Source of the DNA: Candidatus Hodarchaeota archaeon
GTDB taxonomy: Archaea; Asgardarchaeota; Lokiarchaeia; Sigyniarchaeales; SOKP01
Assembly: GCA_048887225.1 (NCBI GenBank)
Contig: JBHLJY010000003.1
Location: forward strand, 32,001-96,000
DNA length: 64,000 nt
Direction of reading: 5' to 3'
Shown here: positions 47,857 through 56,598 of the stretch, one piece after another
Layout: each line of letters opens with the position of its first letter
Position numbering within the stretch: the first letter of the stretch is position 1
Notes under the pieces: generated by a model
Database searches by the model: none
The model's input: the letters and a program-made list of their open reading frames with translations, nothing else
Told to the model about the DNA's origin: nothing
Translations under genes and position numbers: made by a program

Positions 47857-48318
47857 ATGACCGAAAAAGTAATTATAACAAATAAAGGGATGGTACGAGC
47901 AGAATTTAATTTCTGGGTCGGAAAATATATGGATAAATTCTACGATAACTTAGAAAATAAGAAGATAATAGGAAATAAATGTACGAAATGCGGAGTTGTT
48001 TTTGTACCGCCGAGAAAAATCTGTGGTAATTGTAATTTAGTAATTTCACTCGACCAAAACTGGGTTGATTTACCTAATACTGGTACTTTAATGAATTATA
48101 CAATTACACCCTATAAAGTCACCGAAAGAGGTTCAAGAAACGTAAAAAAGGGGCAGATAATAGGGCTGATAAATATTGACGGGAGCAATACAGGGATAGT
48201 TTATAAGTTATTGAATATGGAACCTGGAGAGGTTAAAACAGGGATGAAAGTCAAAATAGAATGGGCTGAAAAAACAAAAGGGGCCCCTTCAGATATAAAA
48301 GGGTTCGTAAAGGCGTGA
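47857..48318 (+). CDS. Zn-ribbon/OB-fold (DUF35) thiolase partner
   Basis: KCTKCG..FVPPRKIC..C, GMKVKIEW. Confidence 0.9.
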   Translation: MTEKVIITNKGMVRAEFNFWVGKYMDKFYDNLENKKIIGNKCTKCGVVFVPPRKICGNCNLVISLDQNWVDLPNTGTLMNYTITPYKVTERGSRNVKKGQIIGLINIDGSNTGIVYKLLNMEPGEVKTGMKVKIEWAEKTKGAPSDIKGFVKA

Positions 48319-48332
48319 GGTGGTAAAGTCAA

Positions 48333-49475
48333 ATGGAAAAAGTAGGAATTGTAGGTTATAATCAAGTCAAATTATCATCAGACGCGAATTATGGTCGTTA
48401 TGAAATGATCTTTGAGGCTGTTAGAGGAGCAATTGACAAAGCAGGCTTAAAAAAGAAGGATATAACTACAGTTATCTCTTGTACAAATGATTATTACGAT
48501 GGGCGGACGATTTCAAATTGTTTTACAGTTGAAGTTGGAGGGGGCTACATGGCAGATGAGAGTAAAGTGGAGATGGATGGTGCACATGGTGTTTTATATG
48601 GATTAATGCGTATATTATCTGGTAATCATAAACTAGCTGTGGTGTGGGGTGGAAGCATGGCTTCTTGCTTTCCATATCACACGACAAAATTATATGAAAC
48701 AGATCCAACATGGGAACGACCAACACAATTAGTAAATGATATAACAGCCAGCGGATTTCAAATGAGGGCTTACATGGAAAAATTTGGTGTAAGTGCTGAA
48801 AATATAGCAAAGGTGGCTGTTAAAAATAGGAAAAACGCAGCTAAAAATATTTTAGCATTACCAGAAGCACAAAATCCTAATTTATCTGTTCAAGATGTAT
48901 TAAATTCTGATAATTACGCAGATCCTGTCACTGAATTAATGGTTGCTCAGCCTTGTGATGGCGTCGCTGCACTATTGTTAGCTCCTGAACAGCAAGCCCG
49001 AAAAATCACGGATAAGCCCGTATGGATTACTGGCGTAGGATGGTCTCAAGATACTTATTATTTAGGCGATCGAGATTTATCTACAATTAAATCAATGGAA
49101 ATTGCGGGCAAAAAAGCATTTGAAATGGCGGGGCTTAATAATCCTCGAAGTCAAATAGATGTAGCTGAATTATTTGAAGCATATGCGCATGAAGAATTAA
49201 TTATGGCCGAAGCTTTAGGTTTGGCCGAGAAAGGCAAAGGATCAAGTTTAAACTCTGAAATTGGCGGTGAATTTCCAATCAATCCTTCAGGTGGTGCAAT
49301 TGGTGGTAATCCTCTTTGTGCTACAGGAATAATCAGGATCATAGAAGCAGTTAAACAACTCAGGGGGGAAGCTAATGGTTATCAAGTAAGTGGTGTTAAA
49401 AGGGCAATAGCTTCGGGACAAATCGGTATGTGTGCTCAAAATAATATATTATATGTATTGGAGGGAGATAATTAA
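48333..49475 (+). CDS. Thiolase-superfamily protein, Ltp4-like
   Basis: DYYDGR, ESKVEMDG, DGVAALLL, DVAEL, INPSGGA; no canonical catalytic Cys. Confidence 0.8.
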   Translation: MEKVGIVGYNQVKLSSDANYGRYEMIFEAVRGAIDKAGLKKKDITTVISCTNDYYDGRTISNCFTVEVGGGYMADESKVEMDGAHGVLYGLMRILSGNHKLAVVWGGSMASCFPYHTTKLYETDPTWERPTQLVNDITASGFQMRAYMEKFGVSAENIAKVAVKNRKNAAKNILALPEAQNPNLSVQDVLNSDNYADPVTELMVAQPCDGVAALLLAPEQQARKITDKPVWITGVGWSQDTYYLGDRDLSTIKSMEIAGKKAFEMAGLNNPRSQIDVAELFEAYAHEELIMAEALGLAEKGKGSSLNSEIGGEFPINPSGGAIGGNPLCATGIIRIIEAVKQLRGEANGYQVSGVKRAIASGQIGMCAQNNILYVLEGDN

Positions 49476-49477
49476 TA

Positions 49478-50725
49478 ATGGGAAGACAAGTATGTTGTAT
49501 AAGTGCAGGTTTTTCAGAACATGCTTCTAAACGCTCTGATGTAAGTATGCCTGAATTAATCAATGAAGCTATTCAGGATTGCATGAAGAAAATTCCAAGC
49601 ATTGGTTTGGATGATATAGATGCTTTTGTTAATGGAAATATGCCCGCTTTTGAGGGTTCTAATATTCCTGAATTATGGATGACTGATTGGTTGGGAGCGA
49701 GAAATAAACCATTAATGCGAGTAACAACTGGAGGTACAACTGGGGGGACAGTCGCTATTTGTGGATATTATAATGTTGCCGCAGGAATACCTGGTGTTGA
49801 TACTGTGTTAGCTATCGCATTTGAACAGCAAAGTCAAGGTGATACAAGCTTAGGTCTTGCAAGTGTTGCACTAGGTGAAATATCAATACTTAACACTTTA
49901 GGGATAACTTATGAACAGCTTACACGTTTATTATCTGCTGGTGCAGCTATAGGAGTTGCTGCTTATCAAGCTACTACCTATATGAATAAAACAAGGATAA
50001 CTGAGGAAGATTTAGCAAGAGTTGTCGTTCAAAATAGGAGAAATGCTGCAAAAACGTGGTGGGCTCACTTAAGAATGCCAAATCTTACAATTGAAGATGT
50101 TTTAGATACTCCATATATTCAATATCCGTTGCGTTATGGGATGGTTTGTCCTTCGTCCGATGGAGCTTGCGCAATGTTATTTACAACGGAAGAAAAAGCT
50201 AAAGAATGGGCTGACATCCCTGTTTATGTAAATGGTGTGGCTAGTGTTGCTAATGAAACAGCTATACTTGGATATGATGGAGCAGGTTCAGCGCAAATTG
50301 ATCCTTCAACTCAATTAGGTGCCATGAAATCAGCAGAATTGGCTTATAATCAAGCTGGAATCTCATTTCCGAGAAAGGAAATTGATTACGCTGAAGTTTA
50401 TGCCCCTTTCCCAAATCAGGAACTCATGTGGGTAGAAAAATTAGGTTTATTCGAAGAAACTACGGCTCCACAAATGTATGAAACAGGTGTGACAGCTCTA
50501 AATGGTGAACTTCCAGTATGTTGTACAGGGGGTGTTGTTTCTACAAACGCAATCGGCGCTAGTGCTATGGAGCGACCCGCTGATGCAGCTTTGCAAATAA
50601 TGGGAAAATCAGCCAACCAAGTTCCAAAGACGGTACATACATCCATTGGACATGGATGGGGTGGATCGCTTAATTTATGTACACTTATGGTATTTTCGGA
50701 TGAACCAAAAAGAAAATGGAGGTAA
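49478..50725 (+). CDS. Thiolase-superfamily protein, Ltp3-like
   Basis: FEG..IPEL, KPLMRVTTGG, CPSSDGACA, EVYAPF, HGWGG. Confidence 0.8.
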   Translation: MGRQVCCISAGFSEHASKRSDVSMPELINEAIQDCMKKIPSIGLDDIDAFVNGNMPAFEGSNIPELWMTDWLGARNKPLMRVTTGGTTGGTVAICGYYNVAAGIPGVDTVLAIAFEQQSQGDTSLGLASVALGEISILNTLGITYEQLTRLLSAGAAIGVAAYQATTYMNKTRITEEDLARVVVQNRRNAAKTWWAHLRMPNLTIEDVLDTPYIQYPLRYGMVCPSSDGACAMLFTTEEKAKEWADIPVYVNGVASVANETAILGYDGAGSAQIDPSTQLGAMKSAELAYNQAGISFPRKEIDYAEVYAPFPNQELMWVEKLGLFEETTAPQMYETGVTALNGELPVCCTGGVVSTNAIGASAMERPADAALQIMGKSANQVPKTVHTSIGHGWGGSLNLCTLMVFSDEPKRKWR

Positions 50726-50731
50726 AATGTA

Positions 50732-51265
50732 ATGTCAGAAAAGAAATTATCTAAAAGAACAGAAAGAAAAGCTTTAGATTATATTAAGAAGGATTATGTA
50801 AGAACAAGAGCAATGCCTGGCGCATGGTATTTATCAAGTTACAAATTTAAATTCAATATAACTCATATGCAACCTTTCTTAAAGAAATTGAAAGATAAGA
50901 AACTTGTTGGAAATCGATGTTCTGGATGCAATAGAATATTTTTCCCTCCAAGACAAGTGTGCGGAGAATGTCTATTAAAACCAGATAGATGGGTTGATAT
51001 CAGAGAAACTGCCAATGTTTCTACTTACGCTATTGCATATCTTAAGAATGCTGAAACAGGTGAGACTGAGGAAAAACCAATGGTCCTGATTCAGCATGAT
51101 GGCTCAGACACTTGCTCAGTAGCTGAATTAGCTCTCAATATTGATGTCAAGGATACTTATATAAATATGCCAATAAAGGTTCATTGGCGCGATGAAAGAA
51201 CAGGTGGATTAATGGATATCGAGTATTACGATAAGATAGAAGATGATTCGAAGGATATAGACTAA
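50732..51265 (+). CDS. Second Zn-ribbon/OB-fold (DUF35) protein
   Basis: RCSGC..IFFPPRQVC..C, MPIKVHW...RTG. Confidence 0.9.
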   Translation: MSEKKLSKRTERKALDYIKKDYVRTRAMPGAWYLSSYKFKFNITHMQPFLKKLKDKKLVGNRCSGCNRIFFPPRQVCGECLLKPDRWVDIRETANVSTYAIAYLKNAETGETEEKPMVLIQHDGSDTCSVAELALNIDVKDTYINMPIKVHWRDERTGGLMDIEYYDKIEDDSKDID

Positions 51266-51314
51266 CATTAATAAAACTAAATTTATTCTTTTTTAATTAT
51301 CTTTTTTTAAATAA

Positions 51315-51959
51315 TTATCGCCAAAAGTGGATTATTGGAGAAAAAGTTTCACCTAACCAATAAAAAAAAGATATCCAATAAATACAAGTTAAACCTAGAT
51401 ATAAAAGTCCAAAAAGGGCTCCAAATAGAAATCCAAATAATACATCAGTTGGGAAGTGAGCACCCAATATCAATCGAGTTATTGCCACAATTACATCAAG
51501 TATAATAAAAATTAATAAAATTATCCAATTCTGGAAGAAAAAAGCAAATATTATCCCAAAAAACAATAAAAAAGTAACATGTCCAGAAGGAAATGATTTA
51601 TCTTCTCTAATTAATTCATCGTGCTGTTTGACTCCTTCTTCTTCTAATTTTACATAAGGTCGGTTTCTTTTTACAATTTTATAACGAATAATAATGTGAA
51701 GTATTATGCTTTGAATAAATCCGCCAGTAAATAAAACAAAAAGATAATAATCTTTAGTAATATAACCATAAATAGCCCAAATAAGCCAAATTAAACCCCA
51801 AAATTGCATATTGGCGATGAATGAGAAAATTTTAGCAAACAATATAATTCTTTTTCCTTTAAGAAATTTATTTTTATAAAGTTTAAGAAATGTTTTTTTA
51901 TCCCACTCATTAATTCTTTGAATTATCCCTCTTGAAGAAGTCTTTTCTGATAATATCAT
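51315..51959 (-). CDS. PAP2-family membrane phosphatase
   Basis: K...KRNRP, SFPSGH, TRLILGAHFPTDV. Confidence 0.92.
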   Translation of the reverse strand: MILSEKTSSRGIIQRINEWDKKTFLKLYKNKFLKGKRIILFAKIFSFIANMQFWGLIWLIWAIYGYITKDYYLFVLFTGGFIQSIILHIIIRYKIVKRNRPYVKLEEEGVKQHDELIREDKSFPSGHVTFLLFFGIIFAFFFQNWIILLIFIILDVIVAITRLILGAHFPTDVLFGFLFGALFGLLYLGLTCIYWISFFYWLGETFSPIIHFWR

Positions 51960-52219
51960 TATATTATTTATATAAAATAATATTAGCCTTAAATTTTGAA
52001 TATGTATAAAGGCAGATATTTATATTTTTTCCTAACTATAATCGTTTTACTAACTTTAATCATTTGAATATTTGTTTAATTTAATTACTATTTTGTAAAG
52101 CTGAATAATTGAATACAATTAAGTCAGTCTTCTTAAAGAAAATTATTATTTTTAATCTAATATTTAAAATTCTAGATAAAATTTTTCAAATTATAAAGAA
52201 TTTATAAGAAGTGTGTTTT

Positions 52220-53593
52220 ATGGTAGAAAGCGTAAGTATATATGAAAAATATTTTAAAGATCCGAAGCGTGAACCTGTCTTAATTGATTATGTCAGGACG
52301 CCTATCGGAAAGAGAAGAGGGACAGTAGTCCGACATCGTGGCGATGATTTGGTAATACATTGCTATGAAACGCTTTTAAATCGGAATGATTTTGATAAAA
52401 GTGTTCTTGGTGATTCGATTGTTTCATGTAATAGTCAGATAGGTGAATGTGCACTAGACATTGGTAGAAACGCCGCTATGGGAGCACATTTACCTGTTTC
52501 TGTCCCAGGTTTCAGTGTAAATAGGCATTGTGCGAGTGGCGCTCAAGCTGTTTTATCTGGCTGGCAAGCTATTGCATGCGGTGCAATGGATGCTGTAATT
52601 TGTGGCGGTATAGAACTTCAAAATAAATATCCTATTATGGCGGACGCGTATGTATTTAATGAAGAATTAGGAAAACCTCTAATGGTTGCCCCAAATAAAA
52701 AGATTTTAACAAATCCTGAAGTTGCTGCTAAGTTAAAAGAATTTAATACAACATTATCAGGGCAAATTAATTCAGCTCACGTTTTAGGTATTCATTATTA
52801 CAGTAAACATAAAGGGATCTCAATGAATGAATTTAAAGGTGAGTATCGAGATGAGTTTAAACAAGAATTGGATCAAATATCATTACTTTCTCATCAAAAA
52901 GCATGTAGCACATACGATGATAGAGCTAAAGAAATTGAACCAATATGGTGCCCTAAACTTGACGAAAACGGAAAACCTATGCTTGACGAAAATAATAATG
53001 TTGCTCAAGATGAAAGTCTTTCTGTATTAACGACTCAAGATGAAGGACCTCGCCCAACTACAAGTATAGAAGCATTATCAAAACTAAAAACAATAATAGG
53101 GCGTAAAAGTCAAGCATTTTTAACGGCTGGAAACAGTTGTCCTACAAGCGATGGTGCTGCCGCACAAATCTGGATGACGAGAGGATTAGCTGAAGATTTA
53201 GGTCTTAACCCTAGAGCCACCATTTTAAATTTTGCTATTGTCGGTACTGACCCTGTATTAATGCTAGATGGTCCAGTTAGAGCTATGCCTGAAGCATTAA
53301 AGCGCGCTAACTTATCATTTGATGATATGGCTTTTATTGAAATTAACGAAGCTTTTAGTTCTGTTGTGTGGTCTTGTTGTAAAGAATTAGGGATAGATTG
53401 GAACGATCCAAGATTTAATCCATGGGGCGGAGCAATCGCACTAGGGCACCCAACAGGAATGACGGGATGCCGACTAATAGGTACAAATTTACACCAATTA
53501 GAGAAGGCTGGAAAAGAATACGCAATTAGTTCTATGTGCGTTGGATTTGGGATGTCTATAGCAACAATTGTAAAAAACGAAAATCCTAAATAA
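52220..53593 (+). CDS. Acetyl-CoA C-acyltransferase (thiolase)
   Basis: RTPIG, NRHCASG, NEAF, GHPTG, MCVGFG. Start moved to the ATG at 52220. Confidence 0.93.
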   Translation: MVESVSIYEKYFKDPKREPVLIDYVRTPIGKRRGTVVRHRGDDLVIHCYETLLNRNDFDKSVLGDSIVSCNSQIGECALDIGRNAAMGAHLPVSVPGFSVNRHCASGAQAVLSGWQAIACGAMDAVICGGIELQNKYPIMADAYVFNEELGKPLMVAPNKKILTNPEVAAKLKEFNTTLSGQINSAHVLGIHYYSKHKGISMNEFKGEYRDEFKQELDQISLLSHQKACSTYDDRAKEIEPIWCPKLDENGKPMLDENNNVAQDESLSVLTTQDEGPRPTTSIEALSKLKTIIGRKSQAFLTAGNSCPTSDGAAAQIWMTRGLAEDLGLNPRATILNFAIVGTDPVLMLDGPVRAMPEALKRANLSFDDMAFIEINEAFSSVVWSCCKELGIDWNDPRFNPWGGAIALGHPTGMTGCRLIGTNLHQLEKAGKEYAISSMCVGFGMSIATIVKNENPK

Positions 53594-53672
53594 GATTCTT
53601 ATTTTTTTTCTTTTTTTTTGATTAAAGAATTAATAAAAAATCATCTATTTGATAATTATTTTTTGAGAAATA

Positions 53673-53792
53673 CTAAAAATCAAAGAATAGATCTTCTAAT
53701 ATTGTTAAGATCTCATCCATCTGAGCTGTTTTTTTCTTTATTATTTCTATTTTCCTTAATTTCAAATGATTGTTGGATCTAACTGTATTCAT
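53673..53792 (-). CDS. Possible 39-aa micro-ORF MNTVRSNNHLKLRKIEIIKKKTAQMDEILTILEDLFFDF
   Basis: Hand-translated ATG to TAG downstream of the tRNA; amphipathic pattern only. Confidence 0.3.
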   Translation of the reverse strand: MNTVRSNNHLKLRKIEIIKKKTAQMDEILTILEDLFFDF

Positions 53793-53868
53793 TTTTAAAT
53801 ATAATTCCGAAATAAATTTAAATAATATTTCAATAAAACAAGAGTATTATAACCAGCTTTTACAAATA

Positions 53869-54013
53869 TGGAGGGAGTGGGAAATCCGAGAATCGAGGAG
53901 ATCTCGAAAGTTTTCGAACCCACGAAGGCCTATGCCACTGGATCTTAAGTCCAGCACCTCTAATCGGTCTTGACCCATATCAAGAGAGTTTGACCAGGCT
54001 CGGTAATCCCTCC
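53869..54013 (-). tRNA. tRNA-Leu(UAA) with two 30-nt non-canonical introns (53960-53989 at 21/22; 53883-53912 at 59/60)
   Basis: Spliced 85-nt product GGAGGGA-TT-ACCGAGCCTGGTCAA^AGGT-G-CTGGA-CTTAAGA-TCCAG-TGGCATAGGCCTTC-GTGGG-TTCGAA^T-CCCAC-TCCCTCC-A. All stems pair, long variable arm, CCA not encoded. Confidence 0.92.
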
Positions 54014-54241
54014 AGCTAAATTATAACAGATCGAAATCATATAGCGAATTTACTTTCTTAGCTGTTAAAGACAATAATTTAAAATAAAAATTTAGATTTA
54101 AAATTTATCTTTGCTATAGATTTAAATAATACCAAGATATTAAAATAGTGATAACAAGATAAGTTTTATATAAACTGAGATTCATTTCTAATTTAACTAT
54201 TATAAAAAAATTATTATTTAGATTAAAACGAGGTTAGTATT

Positions 54242-54619
54242 TTGCCTATTGGTATCTTAATAATTAGATGGGATAATGAAATAGGGCCTATAAACGAAGG
54301 ATTTTATCCTGATAATTTAAAAATTACAAACAACTTGTTGACACAAGTATATTCAAGTCATAGATATCAATCTTTAAAGCCTGGTTTTGCTTCAATCTCC
54401 CTCAAAAATAATAAAGTAGTATCGTTTTTCTCTGGAGTTGGTGAGGATCATATTTCTGTCGAAAACCATGTAATTGCGCTTTTATTACGTCGTGATGAAA
54501 AACCCAATAAATATAGGGAAATTTTAAAAAAAATTGCGGCAGAACTTCTTGATAAAATTCCCGATGGTACGTTTAAAGGCTCCCTACCTGATTTGTATCA
54601 AGAATTAGCAAAAGTGTAG
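54242..54619 (+). CDS. Stand-alone uDENN/longin-like domain protein
   Basis: IIRWDNEIGP....FYP N-terminal motif typical of uDENN/longin modules. SD-like GAGGTTAG before the TTG start. Confidence 0.6.
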   Translation: MPIGILIIRWDNEIGPINEGFYPDNLKITNNLLTQVYSSHRYQSLKPGFASISLKNNKVVSFFSGVGEDHISVENHVIALLLRRDEKPNKYREILKKIAAELLDKIPDGTFKGSLPDLYQELAKV

Positions 54620-54720
54620 TGTTTAAGATATTTCTAATAATTTTCATGAAATATAGCTTTTTTTATTACAAAATAGACAAATATTATAAAGAACAATAAA
54701 ATAATAAGAAAATAAAGTCT

Positions 54721-55824
54721 CTATTCAAATTTTTTGGCCGTTATTTTTCCATCAGCGCTCATTTCGACAGCTCCGATTTTTTGCAATCGGTCAACATCTC
54801 TTTTCACTGTTACCATTGGCGTACCCACAGCACCTCTTAGATCTTCCAAAGAAATTGAACCGACATCTTGGATTATAAAAAAAGATTTAAAAATCGGATC
54901 CTCTTCCATTATTGGCCTTAATGTATCAAGGAAAAATATTTTTGAAAAATTCTCTTCCTTGAACTTCTTTAGGTCAACAATACTTTGTTCAAAATTTTTA
55001 ATTTTTTCATTAGCTTCATTGTTTTTATCGCTTAATTCGCTTAATGTGCTTTTCATCTCATTATACTTTTCAGCCATATCTTTCGCTTCAGCTATTTTTT
55101 CTTTATACTCTATATTTTGCTCTAATAATTGAGTTTCCAATTTTGATATTTCTTGCTTTAATTTTTGTTTTTCTTCTGAATGTTCTAATTTTAAATCTTC
55201 AACTACTTTTATTTTTTGATCTACCAATTGAGTTTCCAATTTTGATATTTCTTGTTTTAATTTTTGTCTTTCTTCTGAATGTTTGATTTTTAAATCGTCA
55301 ACTACTGTTTTAGGAATACCTGCTTTGAAATCCTCCAACTGTGCTTTTAAAGCTTCAGCTTCTGATTCTGCCTCTTTTATTCTATTTGATAAAGTTTTTA
55401 AAGTTTCATTTTTTGCATTAACTTCTGTATTTTTTCCTGCCAATTCTGCTTTTAGATCTCCAATCGTTTCAAGAGCAGCTTCTATTTTTATTTGAGTAGG
55501 ATTCATGCGTTTTATTGTTAATTCTAATTCTTTTTGAGCTTGAACCATTGAACCTTTAGTATGATCTAATTCTAAATCCTTTTCTCTAAGTTGGGCTCGT
55601 TGTTCGCCTATAATTCTTTTTAATTCTATTATATCATCTGGTATATCATCTATTTCGGCTAATTTTGATTTCTGCTCATCCAAGAGAGCTGTCTGTTCAC
55701 TTATAATTTTTTTCTGTCTCTCAACTAATTCAGTTAAACGCCCTATTTTTTCTTCCATGCGTGCTGTCATGTCTTGGCTTTTTTCGAGGTTATCAAGAGT
55801 TTTTCTTAAATCTTTTTTTGCCAT
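54721..55824 (-). CDS. Long coiled-coil protein with C-terminal winged helix
   Basis: About 290 aa of heptads, then GSISLEDLRGAVG.PMVTVKRDVDRL...GAVEM..DGKI. Confidence 0.8.
   Translation of the reverse strand: MAKKDLRKTLDNLEKSQDMTARMEEKIGRLTELVERQKKIISEQTALLDEQKSKLAEIDDIPDDIIELKRIIGEQRAQLREKDLELDHTKGSMVQAQKELELTIKRMNPTQIKIEAALETIGDLKAELAGKNTEVNAKNETLKTLSNRIKEAESEAEALKAQLEDFKAGIPKTVVDDLKIKHSEERQKLKQEISKLETQLVDQKIKVVEDLKLEHSEEKQKLKQEISKLETQLLEQNIEYKEKIAEAKDMAEKYNEMKSTLSELSDKNNEANEKIKNFEQSIVDLKKFKEENFSKIFFLDTLRPIMEEDPIFKSFFIIQDVGSISLEDLRGAVGTPMVTVKRDVDRLQKIGAVEMSADGKITAKKFE
55108..55305. repeat. Imperfect in-frame 99-bp tandem duplication (2 x 33 aa)
   Basis: AATTGAGTTTCCAATTTTGATATTTCTTG occurs at 55127 and 55226. 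Protein: VVDDLKIKHSEERQKLKQEISKLETQL versus VVEDLKLEHSEEKQKLKQEISKLETQL. Outer boundaries approximate. Confidence 0.9.
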
Positions 55825-56089
55825 CGTGATCTTTTCTTCTTTATATTAATTTTAAATCGTAAGTATTAAATGATAATGGAATTATTTATTTTTTTCCATC
55901 AAATATCTATAACTAATAATAGGGTAATCTTTTAAATTGTTATCAAATTATTTAAAATTTTAGTCGATTTACTTTAAATAATTTATTACGATTAAAAGGT
56001 GATTTCATTTTTCAGCTATATATTTTAAATCTAAAATATCTAATCTTTTTATCCTAATATCTTATAATTATAAAAATGAAACCGAGAGA

Positions 56090-56584
56090 TTGGTTTTAAA
56101 CTCTATTATTTTTTTTAAAAATAAAAAAGATATATTAGATTACATTGAAACTAATGATTTGAATTTAAAGAAAAATATTAGTCCAAATGAAGATATTTTA
56201 CTACAAAATCTATTTATTTTAATTAGCAATTATTTTTCAGGTAAAAAATTCAGTTTGTACCAAAAAATTAAAGATTTAAAAATAGATTTAAATCTAAAAG
56301 ATAAATTTTCAACAGAATTTGCTTTAAAGGTTATTAATCACATATTAAGCATTAAATATGGTGAAGTTACAACTTATTCAGATATAGGAAAAGAAATAGG
56401 TTCAAAAGCCTATAGAGCAATAGGAAATGTTTTAAAAAAGAATCCTTTACCTCTTATTATTCCTTGTCATCGGATTATAAGAAAAAATGGAAAAATCGGG
56501 GGTTTTATGGGAAAAATGAATAATACATGGCAACAGAATCTTAAGAAATATTTATTAAATTTGGAAAGGCAAAAATCTATTTAA
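56090..56584 (+). CDS. ogt: Methylated-DNA-protein cysteine methyltransferase (N-terminus probably extends to about 56009)
   Basis: YGEVTTYSDI, RAIG, NPLPLIIPCHRII. Confidence 0.9.
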   Translation: MVLNSIIFFKNKKDILDYIETNDLNLKKNISPNEDILLQNLFILISNYFSGKKFSLYQKIKDLKIDLNLKDKFSTEFALKVINHILSIKYGEVTTYSDIGKEIGSKAYRAIGNVLKKNPLPLIIPCHRIIRKNGKIGGFMGKMNNTWQQNLKKYLLNLERQKSI

Positions 56585-56598
56585 ACATTAAGTCCTTT

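Noticed and set aside
53594-53868. Integrated element at the tRNA 3' end
   Set aside because: No integrase and no duplicated tRNA 3' fragment (att site) were noticed in the window.
53770-53973. 67-aa ORF in the track
   Set aside because: It lies antisense across the intron-containing tRNA-Leu; a shadow ORF.
55108-55305. Direct repeat considered as CRISPR or mobile-element ends
   Set aside because: Two in-frame copies inside a coding region, with no spacers, cas genes or transposase.
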